Assembly (NCBI GenBank): GCA_964016885.1
Contig: OZ024742.1
Span: 355,818,001-355,882,000 of the forward strand
DNA from: Eledone cirrhosa
Lineage: Eukaryota
DNA: 64,000 bases
Reading direction: 5' to 3'
Made by a program: the position numbers and the translations under genes. This document shows, piece by piece, positions 1 to 11,660 of this stretch. The notes under the pieces are model-generated. The model searched no databases. It was given only the letters and a program-made list of their open reading frames with translations, and was not told where the DNA came from. How positions within the stretch are numbered: the stretch's first letter is position 1; every line of letters begins with the position of its first letter.

Positions 1-632
1 CCTCGGGCCAAAAGTAGAAACAATTATTATCGCTTATCACATAATTAATTGTAGGTAACAATATAAATAGTATCTAGATAATATGAGCGACTTTGATTTT
101 GTTAGAAATCTAAAAGTTCTTGAACAAATCTATCTCTACAAAAGAAGGAAAAGGATTACATTTCAAAATGTACTTTAACATTTTGTAGTGTAAAGATGCC
201 TTATAGAAGACGTTCTTTCCGCTGGGTTCAGATTTCTTCACCTTTCTCTAGGAATTTCAAAGTAATTCTTTAATGTACCGTTTTGTTAATTCTACTTTGA
301 ATATAACACAGCTTTGGGAGGTTGTTGGTCCGGTATCGCATGACATGGTCAGCCAAGGTAACAATAATCGTTAAGCCTTAAAGGTAAAATTTCAAGTTTC
401 CTTTCAATTTTCCTTTCATGCATTTCTCAATTTTCTTACTTATCATCACTTCATTACCGTATCATTTTTCTACAATTATCTTGTTAATTATTAAATGACG
501 TAACAACTATTCCAAATATTTTGCTATATAATTTTGTTGTATACTACTTACAACTCTTCATCCATATATCATTGCCATATTGCTGTGTCTTCTACACCAC
601 ATACTATATATATTTTCCATTATTTCATTAAA

Positions 633-1052
633 AGGCGGTGAATTGGCAGTATCGCTAGAGGGTTGGACGCCATGCTTTCTAGCATAGTTACATCCCTTTA
701 TGGTCTGTGTTCAAATCCCGTCAAGGTTAACATTTGCCTTACATCCTTAGGGGGACGATAACATAATGTACCACTAATATACTGGGTAATTGCTGGCCTT
801 TTGCCCAAAGTAGAAACAATTATTTCATTAAAAGGACGGTAGATTGTCAGTATCAGTTGTGCGTCGAACAACATCTTTAGCGTCATATAGTTACCGCCGT
901 TTACGTTAAAAATCTGCCGAGGTTAGCTTTACATTTCATCTATACGAGGTCGATGAAATAAAGTACCAGTAATGTACTGGGATCAGGTTAATTGGCTCCC
1001 CACACCACAAAAAAATTATTGGCCTTGTGCCATAATGTAGAAACAATTATTT
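633..1052 (+). mobile_element. Two adjacent tRNA-derived SINE copies (Nin/Deu-like core); a further tail lies at 1-30
   Basis: A-box-like TTGGCAGTATCG and B-box-like GTTCAAATCC; core resembling gcctttcatccttacggggtcgataaaataaagtaccag; tail ggccttgtgccaaaagtagaaacaattatt shared with many copies in the window. Confidence 0.8.
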
Positions 1053-1317
1053 CGTCAAAATCTATTTTGGTTTATTCATAAGCTCCAATGTCAAATTTCC
1101 TCGTCGTATGTTTTTATCAAAGCATTACCAATATGTTCTTTTATTTTATAAAATTCTCATCATTTTTCTTAACCACAACCTCAATATTTGACACCGAAAG
1201 CATTTATATGGTATATCAATACATATAAAACCAGCCTGGAGGTTCGAAAATAAGCACTTCATGTGATGATGACAGGGACATGAAACTGGTGTACCTAAAT
1301 AATTCAAATCCATTAAA

Positions 1318-1443
<126 letters not shown>

Positions 1444-1496
1444 CGTTTCTGAATTTGTTTAGCAAGATTCATTATCTGAAAACGTGTGTTGAAACC

Positions 1497-1753
1497 GATA
1501 TTGTTATGCTTTGGGAGTGTCATGTTGCCAATAAGAAGCACAAGAGAAGAAAAAGAAAAGAAAATAATCCCCAGTCACTGAAGAGGTCACATAATGTGAG
1601 GCAAAAGAACTTTGACAATATATGAACAACCGTCCGGTTGTGGAACCAACCAACCAACCGGAAATTTATAAATTTAACTTAATAAATTGGAGTAAAAGCA
1701 ACTGGTGCGTGTATTTCTTATTGGCAACATGACCCTCCCAAAGCATAACAATA
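1497..1753 (+). mobile_element. Short non-autonomous PLE-like element: ~40-bp inverted repeats around a degenerate hammerhead
   Basis: atattgttatgctttgggagtgtcatgttgccaataagaa is mirrored at ~1714-1753; gtca-CTGAAGA...AAAAGAAC-TT-tgac at 1574-1616; relatives at 36490-36780 (-) and 58020-58225 (+). Confidence 0.6.
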
Positions 1754-1865
1754 TATATATAGCCAGGGAGTGTAACGAGGAGTTACTGTAGGTTCACCCG
1801 GGTGAGCACTCGATGTTTAGGTTCACGTCAGTATAGAGGTGTAGAGCTAGACAATGTAATATAAT

Positions 1866-2030
1866 AATTGTTTCTACATTTGGCACAAGGCCAGCATTTT
1901 ACTCAGTGCATTACTAGTACTTTTGTATCGACCCCGTAAAGATGAAAGGCAAAGTTAACCTCGGTGGGATTTGAACTCAGACTGTAAAGGGGCGTAACTC
2001 TATACCGCAAAGCATTGCAATCCACCGCCC
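1866..2030 (-). mobile_element. tRNA/Nin-domain SINE with target-site duplication
   Basis: Reverse-complement match to the SINE at 633; tgtaatataataa on both flanks. Confidence 0.8.
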
Positions 2031-2572
2031 TTGTAATATAATAACACAAGAGTGAATGGTTACTCCTTCGTTACGTAACTAACAAGTAACCATTCGTACT
2101 TTTACAGAAATATATATATATATGTGTGTGTGTGTGTGTACGTTTATGTGCATGTATTTGTTTATGTGCGCGTGTGGATGCGTATTTTGTGTTAGATAAT
2201 CTTAGATCTAGTGTCACAGTTTAAATGTAACTAGTGGTGGAACCCAGGAGATTTTGATCTTCGTATCAATTCAACTGTTTCGTCTGTAATTACACATTTG
2301 TTAGAAGTATTTTACCTTGCCTTTCAACTCTTTGAGTTAAGAGGTATTATATATCTCTTGTCTTTTGAATAAAGTATATAAAGTAAACGAATGAGCATTA
2401 GCATAAATCAGTTTACATAATATATTAACGTTGACGACCGTGATTCAATAACAATACTAACACGACTGTTTATTTTTAAATTTATTTTAGTATCCGCCTC
2501 CACATTTTTTTTTATTAAAGAAGGAATAAGTTTTGCTATAAAAATTAAAAACTATTGAGAAAATATAAATAA

Positions 2573-2915
2573 TGGTTTGTACGTTTGGCACAAGGCCAGC
2601 AATTTGAAAGCGAAGGCGAAATCGATTAAATCGACCCCCAGTGCATTACTGGAACCTTATTTTACCAACGCCGTAAGGATGAAAAGCAAAATTTACCTCA
2701 GCGTGATTTTCAATCAGAACGTAAAGGGCCGTAACTATATGCAACAAAGCATGATGTTCGATGCTCTACCGATTGTGCACATTCACCGCTCTCACCGTAA
2801 TGCTGATAAGCAGTGAAGTGGCAGAACTTTTCGAACATCAGATAAAACAACTCCAAGTATTTATTTCGTCTCTTAGTTCAAATCATGTCGAGTTCAACTT
2901 TACTTTTTCGGGATG
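2573..2915. mobile_element. Two head-to-head SINE copies (minus 2573-2800, partial plus 2810-2915)
   Basis: Similarity to the SINE consensus seen elsewhere in the window. Confidence 0.65.
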
Positions 2916-4009
2916 GAAAAATGACGTAACCAAGCTCTCCGGAAGATATTCCTACTCCCCTCTCTCTGTCACACACACACACACACATACACACACACTC
3001 AGGCCGGATTTAATTGGGTATAAAGAGGGCTCCCTGCAGTTGGGAGCCACACTAGCGACGGTCGTAGCAATTTCTTTCTGCCCATACATGGCTGTATTTT
3101 TTTTAGTTTTAAAACGATTAGAATTTTTCCATTTAATACCTCCGTGTATGACGTTTCAATTGCAATTACTTGCGCCACATTGATTTTCATATGTAAATTG
3201 GGGGGTTTGCTGTGTATTCTAATTTTTTGTGTATGAGGAGCCCCCTCACTCTCTCTCTCCCTCTCTCTCACTATCTCACTCTCTCTCGCGTGCGCGTTCT
3301 CTCTCTCTCTCTCCCTCACTCTCTCTTCAATTTACTACGTTATGCTGTGTGATGAGTTTTGTGTGAAAAAGGAATGTTAAACAAATGACTCGCAACTTTC
3401 AACTGAAGTAGGCACTGACATATTCCTTGGAGCATCTAGCGATGGGCTGATGCACATTTAGGATAACATTTACAATAACATAAATATATACAAACATAGT
3501 AAAGTTCAGAAATTTGAGAGTAAAGGTTAGTCGATTAAATCGATCCCAGTACTTGACAGTCACTTCATTGTATCGTGTTAATAAGTATGACGGTATTTTA
3601 TCGTGTTGATAAGTTGACGGTATTTGAGCTCAGGCTATGATTTCTGTTATTTAATATTAGTTCAGTGAAAAGTTAAAATTGCGATGTTATTTAATACATT
3701 ACAAAATAACAAACAAATCAGATCCATATTGCCTTGCTATACCTATTCGATCTCGTTCAACATACAGAAGCATTATTCAAATACCACATATTACTTATAA
3801 TGGAGATACTAGGGAGATATTTGACATACAGTGTGTGGCTATACTGAGTAGGTTACCCAACCACAAAGAGAAATTTCGTCTTGCTTTAACCTGATTTGAT
3901 TAGTCAGATTTACCTTTATACTTTGAATGGACGTCAAAATACGCATTTTCGTCTAGAAATGCAAAAGAACGTAAAGTACATTATGTTCTGGGATATACAT
4001 TTGTGTTTA

Positions 4010-4143
4010 TTCTTCTTCATCATCATCATCATCATCATCATCATCGTCATCAACACCATCGTCATCATCATCATCGTCAACAACACCATCGTCATCATCG
4101 TCGTCCTTGTCATCGTCATCGTCTTCTTCTTCTTCTTCTTCTT
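4010..4143. repeat. Compound (CAT/CGT/CTT)n microsatellite
   Basis: Seen directly. Confidence 0.95.
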
Positions 4144-4226
4144 CATATTCCTCTCCAGAATGTTTTAGTTTGTTCCGCCCCAGGGATCAAGCCGTTGCCT
4201 CTTTCTTTCCCCTCAAGCTGTCCAAA
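4144..4226 (-). mobile_element. 83-bp fragment of the R4/Dong-like element (third unit of the tandem)
   Basis: Near-identical to 6634-6716, with the same 5' junction. Confidence 0.9.
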
Positions 4227-4234
4227 TAATAATA

Positions 4235-4276
<42 letters not shown>

Positions 4277-4280
4277 GTTA

Positions 4281-6716
4281 TTCCTTGAATCTCAGTCATT
4301 GATGTTGGTTAACTGGAAAGTCCGTTGGAATGAATATCAAGCCACTACCTGCAGCCTCAGATATTCAGGACGTATCGGAGGGTTCTTGCCGTTCCAAGCA
4401 AGCATGCCTTTTGAAGCGTTCCAAAAAGCGTGAAGGGGCCGATTTTCTTTAACCATCCCTGGAAACTTTTGGAGATAGTCCCCAGTGCGCCTATGACAAT
4501 CGGGATCACTTTGACTTCATGGCAGTTCCAAATCCTTTTCACCTCCCACTTTAGGTCCTGGTATCGGTTAATTTTCTCCCTCTCCTTCTCTTGCACTCTC
4601 GTGTCGAACGGGCAGGCCACATCCACAATCAGACACGATCTTTTTTCTTTGTCCACAACCACCAGGTCAGGTCTATTGTGTTCCAGTTTTTTGTCCGTCT
4701 GTATCCTAAAATCCCACAGCACCTACACCTGATTGTTCTCCATCACCGCCTCCGGCCTATGCTCATACCATTTCTCAGAATGTGGTAAATTGTTTACTTT
4801 GCACAGGTGCCAGTGGATCACCCTGCCCATCACATCGTGTCTCCAGCCCTTATAGTGGGTCTGGGCTAGGTGTCTACACTCGGACACAATGTGAGCCACA
4901 GTCTCCTCACTCTCTCCACAGATCCTGCACAGTGGGCTAGCCTCCTCCTTGTAAATATGGTGCTTCAACCACTTCGTTTTGAGGGCCTGCTCCTGCGCAG
5001 CCATTATCATTCCTTCTGTAGCCTTTTTGAGGTCTCCTCTTCTCAACCAGTTCCATGTCTGTGGATCTCTAAATTCAGTTTTCTCAAAGAAGGTACTATG
5101 AAGGGATTTTCCCTTAAGACTGCTCTTCCTCCTTGATGTTATTTCCTCCTTGGACATCCCCTGGCCTACTGTCCCCTCCTTCAGTACAGTTTTGAGCATT
5201 GGCTCCTTACTATAGGTCACGTATTTGTATAGGTTGTTTTTATCCATCTGAACACAGTCCTCTATGCTGATAAGACCTCTTCCACCCTCAGATCTCCTTA
5301 GGTAGAGTCTATCGACATCACTCCTCTTGTGGAACATGTTGTAGATAGTTAATAGCTTCCTAGTCTTCCTATCCATTTCTTTTTGTTCAGCAACATTCCA
5401 TCTCAGAATTCCCGCACTGTACCTAATAATAGACACAGCTCGGGAATTTACTGCGCTTATGGCATTTCTGCTGTTCAGATGTGACTTCAATAAGCTCCTT
5501 ACTCTCGGAATGTATTCAGTTCTTAACAATTCCTTCATTTTTTTGTTCTTTATGCCATCAGCCTCCAGAACGCCCAAATACTTGTATCCTTCCTCAGGGT
5601 CAATTTCCTTTATCATCTCACCTGTTGGTATCTGGATCCCGCTACTTCTGCTCAACCTACCCCTCCTCATCACAATGACTCCACATTTACCAATACCAAA
5701 CTGCATACATATATCACTGCTGAAAATACGGACAGTGTCAACAAGCACATCCAACTCCTTCTCACTTTTCCCGAAGAGCTTAAGATCGTCCATGAAGAGG
5801 AGGTGATTGATGGTAAGCTCTCCCCTTCCCAACTTGTATCCTGCTCTCAATTTTCGCAGCATAATGGTCAAGGGCATTAGGGCAAGGACAAACAACAGAG
5901 GGAACAGGCTATCTCCCTGGAAGATACCTCTCTTGATCTTCACGCTTCCCAAGGATACTCCAGTTGATGTCAACTCTGTCTCCCAGGACCCCATACTCCT
6001 GCCCAGCAACTGTCTGATGTTATCTGCCACCCTGAAGATCTCCAGGCTTTTGGTGATCCAAGAATGAGGCACCATGTCAAATGCCTTTCTGTAGTCTATC
6101 CATCCCATGGCAAGATCAGTGTGTCTCCTCCTGCAATTCCCCATTACCATCTTATCAATAAGTAACTGGTCCTTTGTACCACGTGACTTCTTTCGGCATC
6201 CTTTCTGTTCGTCCGGTAACAAGTTGTTTGTGTGGAGGTGATGGTAGATTCCTCAGACACAATGCTCGTCAACAGTTTCCACATTACGGACAGACATGTG
6301 ATAGGTCTATAGTTGGTAACATCATTACCCTTGATTCGGACTTTCATTATCAGAACTGTGGTAACTTTTGTCAACCACTCTGGCACCTCACCCGACACCA
6401 AGCAGTCATTGAACATGGCCGTCAGCTTCGGGTGGAGGGATGTTAAATGTTTAATCCAATACCCCTGCACACCATCTGGGCCTGGTGATTTCCAGTTGGT
6501 TAGTTTTTTGGCCTGCCCCTTAAGAGTTTCAACTGTGACACTCAAATCAGTTTGTTGTTCTGCCTGCTCACCGATCTCCCTCTGTACTGTCTCAATCCAC
6601 CCTGCCTGGGCATTGTGTCTAACATCCTGCTCCCATATTCCTCTCCAGAATGTTTTAGTTTGTTCCGCCCCAGGGATCAAGTCGTTGCCTCTTTCTTTCC
6701 CCTCAAGCTGTCCAAA
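4281..6716 (-). mobile_element. 5'-truncated R4/Dong-like RLE non-LTR retrotransposon (copy B), frameshifted or stopped ORF
   Basis: ORF pieces 6144-6680, 4723-6222 and 4357-4722: RT ([15 protein letters not shown]), CCHC knuckle [30 protein letters not shown] endonuclease; (TAA)n tail. Confidence 0.93.
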
Positions 6717-6730
6717 TAATAATAATAATA

Positions 6731-6766
<36 letters not shown>

Positions 6767-6776
6767 GTTATTGTTA

Positions 6777-9700
6777 TTCCTTGAATCTCAGTCATTGATG
6801 TTGGTTAACTGGAAAGTCCGTTGGATTGAATATCAAGCCACTACCTGCAGCCTCAGATATTCAGGACGTATCGGAGGGTTCTTGCTGTTCCAAGCAAGCA
6901 TGCCTTTTGAAGCGTTCCAAAAAGCGTGAAGGGGCCGATTTTCTTTAACCATCCCTGGAAACCTTTGGAGATAGTCCCCAGTGCGCCTATGACAATCGGG
7001 ATCACTTTGACTTCATGGCAGTTCCAAATCCTTTTCACCTCCCACTTTAGGTCCTGGTATCGGTTAATTTTCTCCCTCTCCTTCTCTTGCACTCTCGTGT
7101 CGAACGGGCAGGCCACATCCACAATCAGGCACGATCTTTTTTCTTTGTCCACAACCACCAGGTCAGGTCTATTGTGTTCCAGTTTTTTGTCCGTCTGTAT
7201 CCTAAAATCCCACAGCACCTTCACCTGACTGTTCTCCATCACCGCCTCTGGCCTATGCTCATACCATTTCTCAGAATGTGGTAGATTGTTTACTTTGCAC
7301 AGGTGCCAGTGGATCACCCTGCCCATCACATCGTGTCTCCAGCCCTTATAGTGGGTCTGGGCTAGGTGTTTACACTCGGACACAATGTGAGCCACAGTCT
7401 CCTCTATCTCTCCACAGATCCTGCACAGTGGGCTAGCCTCCTCCTTGTAGATATGGTGCTTCAACCACTTCGTTTTGAGGGCCTGCTCCTGCGCAGCCAT
7501 TAGCATTCCTTCTGTAGCCTTTTTGAGGTCTCCTCTTCTCAACCAGTTCCATGTCTGTGGATCTCTAAATTCAGTTTTCTCAAAGAAGGTACTATGAAGG
7601 GATTTTCCCTTAAGGCTGCTCTTCCTCCTTGATGTTATTTCCTCCTTGGATATCCCCTGGCCTACTGTCCCCTCCTTCAGTACAGCTCTGAGCATTGGCT
7701 CCTTACTATAGGTCACGTATTTGTATAGGTTGTTTTTATCCATCTGAACACAGTCCTCTATGCTGATAAGACCTCTTCCACCCTCAGATCTCCTTAGGTA
7801 GAGTCTATCGACATCACTCCTCTTGTGGAACATGTTGTAGATAGTCAATAGCTTCCTAGTCTTCCTATCCATTTCTTTTTGTTCAGCAACATTCCATCTC
7901 AGAATTCCCGCACTGTACCTAATAATAGACACAGCTCGGGAATTTACTGCGCTTATGGCATTTCTGCTGTTCAGATGTGACTTCAATACGCTCCTTACTC
8001 TCCGAATGTATTCAGTTCTTAACAATTCCTTCATTTTTTTGTTCTTTATGCCATCAGCCTCCAGAACGCCCAAATACTTGTATCCTTCCTCAGAGTCAAT
8101 TTCCTTTATCATCTCACCTGTTGGTATCTGGATCCCGTTACTTCTGCTCAACCTACCCCTCTTCATCACAATGACTCCACATTTACCAATACCAAACTGC
8201 ATACATATATCACTGCTGAAAATACGGACAGTGTCAACAAGCACATCCAACTCCTTCTCACTTTTCCCGAAGAGCTTAAGATCGTCCATGAAGAGGAGGT
8301 GATTGATGGTAAGCTCTCCCCTTCCCAACTTGTATCCTGCTCTCACTTTTCGCAGCATAATGGTCAAGGGCATCAGGGCAAGGACAAACAACAGAGGGGA
8401 CAGGCTATCTCCCTGGAAGATACCTCTCTTGATCTTCACGCTTCCCAAGGATACTCCAGTTGATGTCAACTCTGTCTCCCAGGACCCCATACTCCTGCCC
8501 AGCAACTGTCTGATGTTATCTGCCACCCTGAAGATCTCCAGGCTTTTCGTGATCCAGGAATGAGGCACCATGTCAAATGCCTTTCTGTAGTCTATCCATC
8601 CCATGGCAAGATCAGTGTGTCTCCTCCTGCAATTCCCCATTACCATCTTATCAATAAGCAACTGGTCCTTTGTACCACGTGACTTCTTTCGGCATCCTTT
8701 CTGTTCGTCCGGTAACAAGTTGTTTGTGTGGAGGTGATGGTAGATTTCCTCAGACACAATGCTCGTCAACAGTTTCCACATTACGGACAGACATGTGATA
8801 GGTCTATAGTTGGTAACATCATTACCCTTGATTCGGTCTTTCATTATCAGACCTGTGGTACCTTTTGTCAACCACTCTGGCACCTCACCCGACACCAAGC
8901 AGTCATTGAACATAGCCGTCAGCTTCGGGTGGAGGGATGTTAAATGTTTAATCCAATACCCCTGCACACCATCTGGGCTGGGTTGATTTCCAGTTGGTTA
9001 GTTTTTTGGCTTGCCCCTTAAGAGTTTCAACTGTGATACTCAAATCAGTCTGTTGTTGTGCCTGCTCACCGATCTCCCTCTGTACTGTCTCAATCCACCC
9101 TGCCTGGGCATTGTGTCTAACATCCTGCTCCCATATTCCTCTCCAGAATGTTTTAGCTTGTTGCGCCCCAGGGATCAAGTCGTTGCCTCTTTCTTTCCCC
9201 TCAAGCTGTCCAAACAGCATCTTCTGGTTGTTGTCGAACATGCGGTTCTGTTTATACTGACTGACTCTGTTCTCGTATCGCCTGATTTTGGCACTATTTG
9301 CTACAATGCGTTGCTTCAATTCCTCTATGATAATATTTAGCTTTTTACTCCTAGTTTTGTATTTTATTTCCAGTCTATTTTTAGTGCCTATGTTTTTTAG
9401 TCTCCCATTCAGTAGTGACTCAAGCTTTCCTATGTCATTTCTCATTTCCCCGATTTGCCCACTCAGTCGCTTCTTCCACCACGGCTCTGCTCTTTCTTGT
9501 CTGTTGTTTCATCTCGCTTTTATACCAAGTAGTTTCCTCACCGTATTTGCTGTTTCTTTGAGGATATTGTTGCACTGGTGAAGACTCCTCGCCTCAAGGT
9601 ATGGGATGACTTTGTTTACCTTAGCTGTTGTTTCTTTTAACTTTTTCCTGTCTACAAATCTTAGGTTCATAGGTCTCCCACTATCATTGTTCAACTCATC

Positions 9701-10380
9701 TACCACTAAATTTAGGATGTCAACCGAATCTTGTCCTAGCCCGTCAGCATTCATCTCCTCAGTGGCCGTATCTCTGTTCCAGGTATTATTTATCTCAGTA
9801 TTCAGATCATTGTCTGCTTCGGGTGGTTCCTCCGTTCTCAGGACCTCCTCACCTTCATTTCCCGCCGGCTCGCTTGTCTGGCATACTACACCCGCCATCT
9901 CCAAGCCATTCTCTCTGCTCAGTTCCTCCAGTTCCAGCTCGCTTATCCACCCATTAGTTCTTATTACCCGAGCCTGCCCGGCCAATTTTTGTTCATCTAA
10001 TTTAAATAAACCAATCTCGTTCCAGATGTTATGCATCCGTCTCCTGTAGCCCCTCTCCTTGGGGTTACTTTTCAGGTAGCATTGCATAACAGTTCTATTC
10101 AATTCTTTCGTCCAGTTGGTTCTGGCCCCTTTCCTTCTTCTTCTTCCTCCAACATCAGCAGTATTTGGTTGACAGTCAGGTTCCTGCTGCTGAGCCAGGG
10201 GGCACCTGTTGGGTGAGAGTCTGTCACATGACGTTCTAATCTCCATTTCACCGTTATTCGAACTGTTTATGTTCGATATTTAAACACTCTCATCGAGGAT
10301 TGGCGAATGTATGTTTACATAGCCATCTGTGGATCCGCCATCCCACTTGGTCCTTGTGTGGCATTATCACCACGCTGTAT
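6777..10380 (-). mobile_element. Near full-length R4/Dong-like RLE non-LTR retrotransposon (copy A)
   Basis: N-terminal Myb-like region (WTKELNRTVMQCY..YRRRMHNIW) at 9509-10246, then 8948-9445 and the RT-RLE ORF; 3' UTR followed by (TAA)n; 5' end approximate. Confidence 0.93.
6853..8967 (-). CDS. RT + zinc knuckle + PD-(D/E)xK restriction-like endonuclease (704-aa remnant of a frameshifted single ORF)
   Basis: [70 protein letters not shown]. Confidence 0.9.
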   Translation of the reverse strand: MQGYWIKHLTSLHPKLTAMFNDCLVSGEVPEWLTKGTTGLIMKDRIKGNDVTNYRPITCLSVMWKLLTSIVSEEIYHHLHTNNLLPDEQKGCRKKSRGTKDQLLIDKMVMGNCRRRHTDLAMGWIDYRKAFDMVPHSWITKSLEIFRVADNIRQLLGRSMGSWETELTSTGVSLGSVKIKRGIFQGDSLSPLLFVLALMPLTIMLRKVRAGYKLGRGELTINHLLFMDDLKLFGKSEKELDVLVDTVRIFSSDICMQFGIGKCGVIVMKRGRLSRSNGIQIPTGEMIKEIDSEEGYKYLGVLEADGIKNKKMKELLRTEYIRRVRSVLKSHLNSRNAISAVNSRAVSIIRYSAGILRWNVAEQKEMDRKTRKLLTIYNMFHKRSDVDRLYLRRSEGGRGLISIEDCVQMDKNNLYKYVTYSKEPMLRAVLKEGTVGQGISKEEITSRRKSSLKGKSLHSTFFEKTEFRDPQTWNWLRRGDLKKATEGMLMAAQEQALKTKWLKHHIYKEEASPLCRICGEIEETVAHIVSECKHLAQTHYKGWRHDVMGRVIHWHLCKVNNLPHSEKWYEHRPEAVMENSQVKVLWDFRIQTDKKLEHNRPDLVVVDKEKRSCLIVDVACPFDTRVQEKEREKINRYQDLKWEVKRIWNCHEVKVIPIVIGALGTISKGFQGWLKKIGPFTLFGTLQKACLLGTARTLRYVLNI

Positions 10381-11331
10381 ACGAACACACATAAACAAAC
10401 AAACACACGGGCAGAAAGGGCCCCAAAAATGAATAAGCATAAGTTTCATTGTAATGTAGTATTCGAATGTCTGACTTAGTTTTTGTTTTTTAAGTTTTAC
10501 TTTTTCCCCCCTCTTCTCTGTCCGTCCGCCTGCTTCTCTCTTCATTCTTATTTTCTTTACGTTTTTGGGGTTTCTTTTTTTGTTTTTATTTTTCTCTGTT
10601 TGTTTTTCTCGTTTTTTGCTGTTGTTGCTGTGCTGCTTTGGTTTTGTTGTTTGTTTTTTCTTTTTTCTTTTGAGTCTATCTATATATTTTGATGCCTTCC
10701 TCTTTGTTAGTAGTAGGAATTCTATAATGTGGAAGTGGCAGCCAGCAGAGACTGGCGGCGTTGGCGATACTGAGACAGTGGTGGTGGTGATGTCGATACC
10801 GACGCAGTGGTGGCGGTGATGCGACCGTATTACTGTAGTGATGGTGCTGTAGCGGTGGCAGCAGCAGTGAAGGAGTCAAGGAGTGGTGGCGGCGGTGATG
10901 GGATAGTGGTGGTAATGATGGCCGTAGTGAGCGGTGGCGGTGAAGGTGAAAATGCTGTTGTGTTTAGTGTACACAGATGATGGGGTGGGTGGTGTATCTA
11001 GTTTCTGGTGTTTGTGAGTTTAGCTGTCCTATATAGTGTAGCCAGAGGAGAGGAGGGGGGGGGGGGGTTCTTCTTCTTCCATTTATAGCCATTTTTTGGG
11101 GGGGGATATACAGTGTACAATACAAAGTTGAATATTTGAATATTTGAGCCTTATAACAATATATTTTGGGTCCGAATTTTTTTTGGGCTCAAGCCGGGTG
11201 CTTTACGTAGCATTTGTACTAAGAGTTGTTATTTCACAAATGATTTAAATATGTTAAAAATTCAAAACTTACGGGAGCGATTTCATGACCTCCGTCACCT
11301 CGTGCGTCTTCTTCCCTTATTCTTCTTCTTC

Positions 11332-11411
<80 letters not shown>

Positions 11412-11412
<1 letters not shown>

Positions 11413-11660
11413 TTCAGCCGCTTATTCCTGAAAGGATCTTCGATGAGGCAGAATCCTCAAACACTCCTTCTAGTGGTTGCATCAGAAACAACCGTCTACA
11501 ACTGATCTGGCCGGATCCCCAAGCGAGACTAGGCAAGCTCATGGATGCTATCCAACCATCTTCCTCGGGAGTCTTCCCTCTGTGTCTCCTGTCGATTGAT
11601 TTTGGCCTTAAAATCTGTTTCATGTATGGTGGTGGTGGCATGTTCAACTTATTTCTGGTC
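11412..11660 (-). mobile_element. 3' end of an RTE-like LINE with (TAA)n tail
   Basis: Degenerate RGK..W-type C-terminus; 3' region matches 29860-29970 (+) and 31612-31803 (-). Confidence 0.55.

Noticed and set aside
205-250. Hammerhead-like strings here and near 1262, 13330, 32995, 56962 and 62450
   Set aside because: Multiple core changes or missing stem I/III; not distinguishable from chance by eye
3000-3250. Possible hAT-type MITE starting caggccggattta
   Set aside because: No matching second TIR or TSD found
4430-8563. Plus-strand ORFs opposite the RLE elements
   Set aside because: Antisense shadows of the RT reading frame
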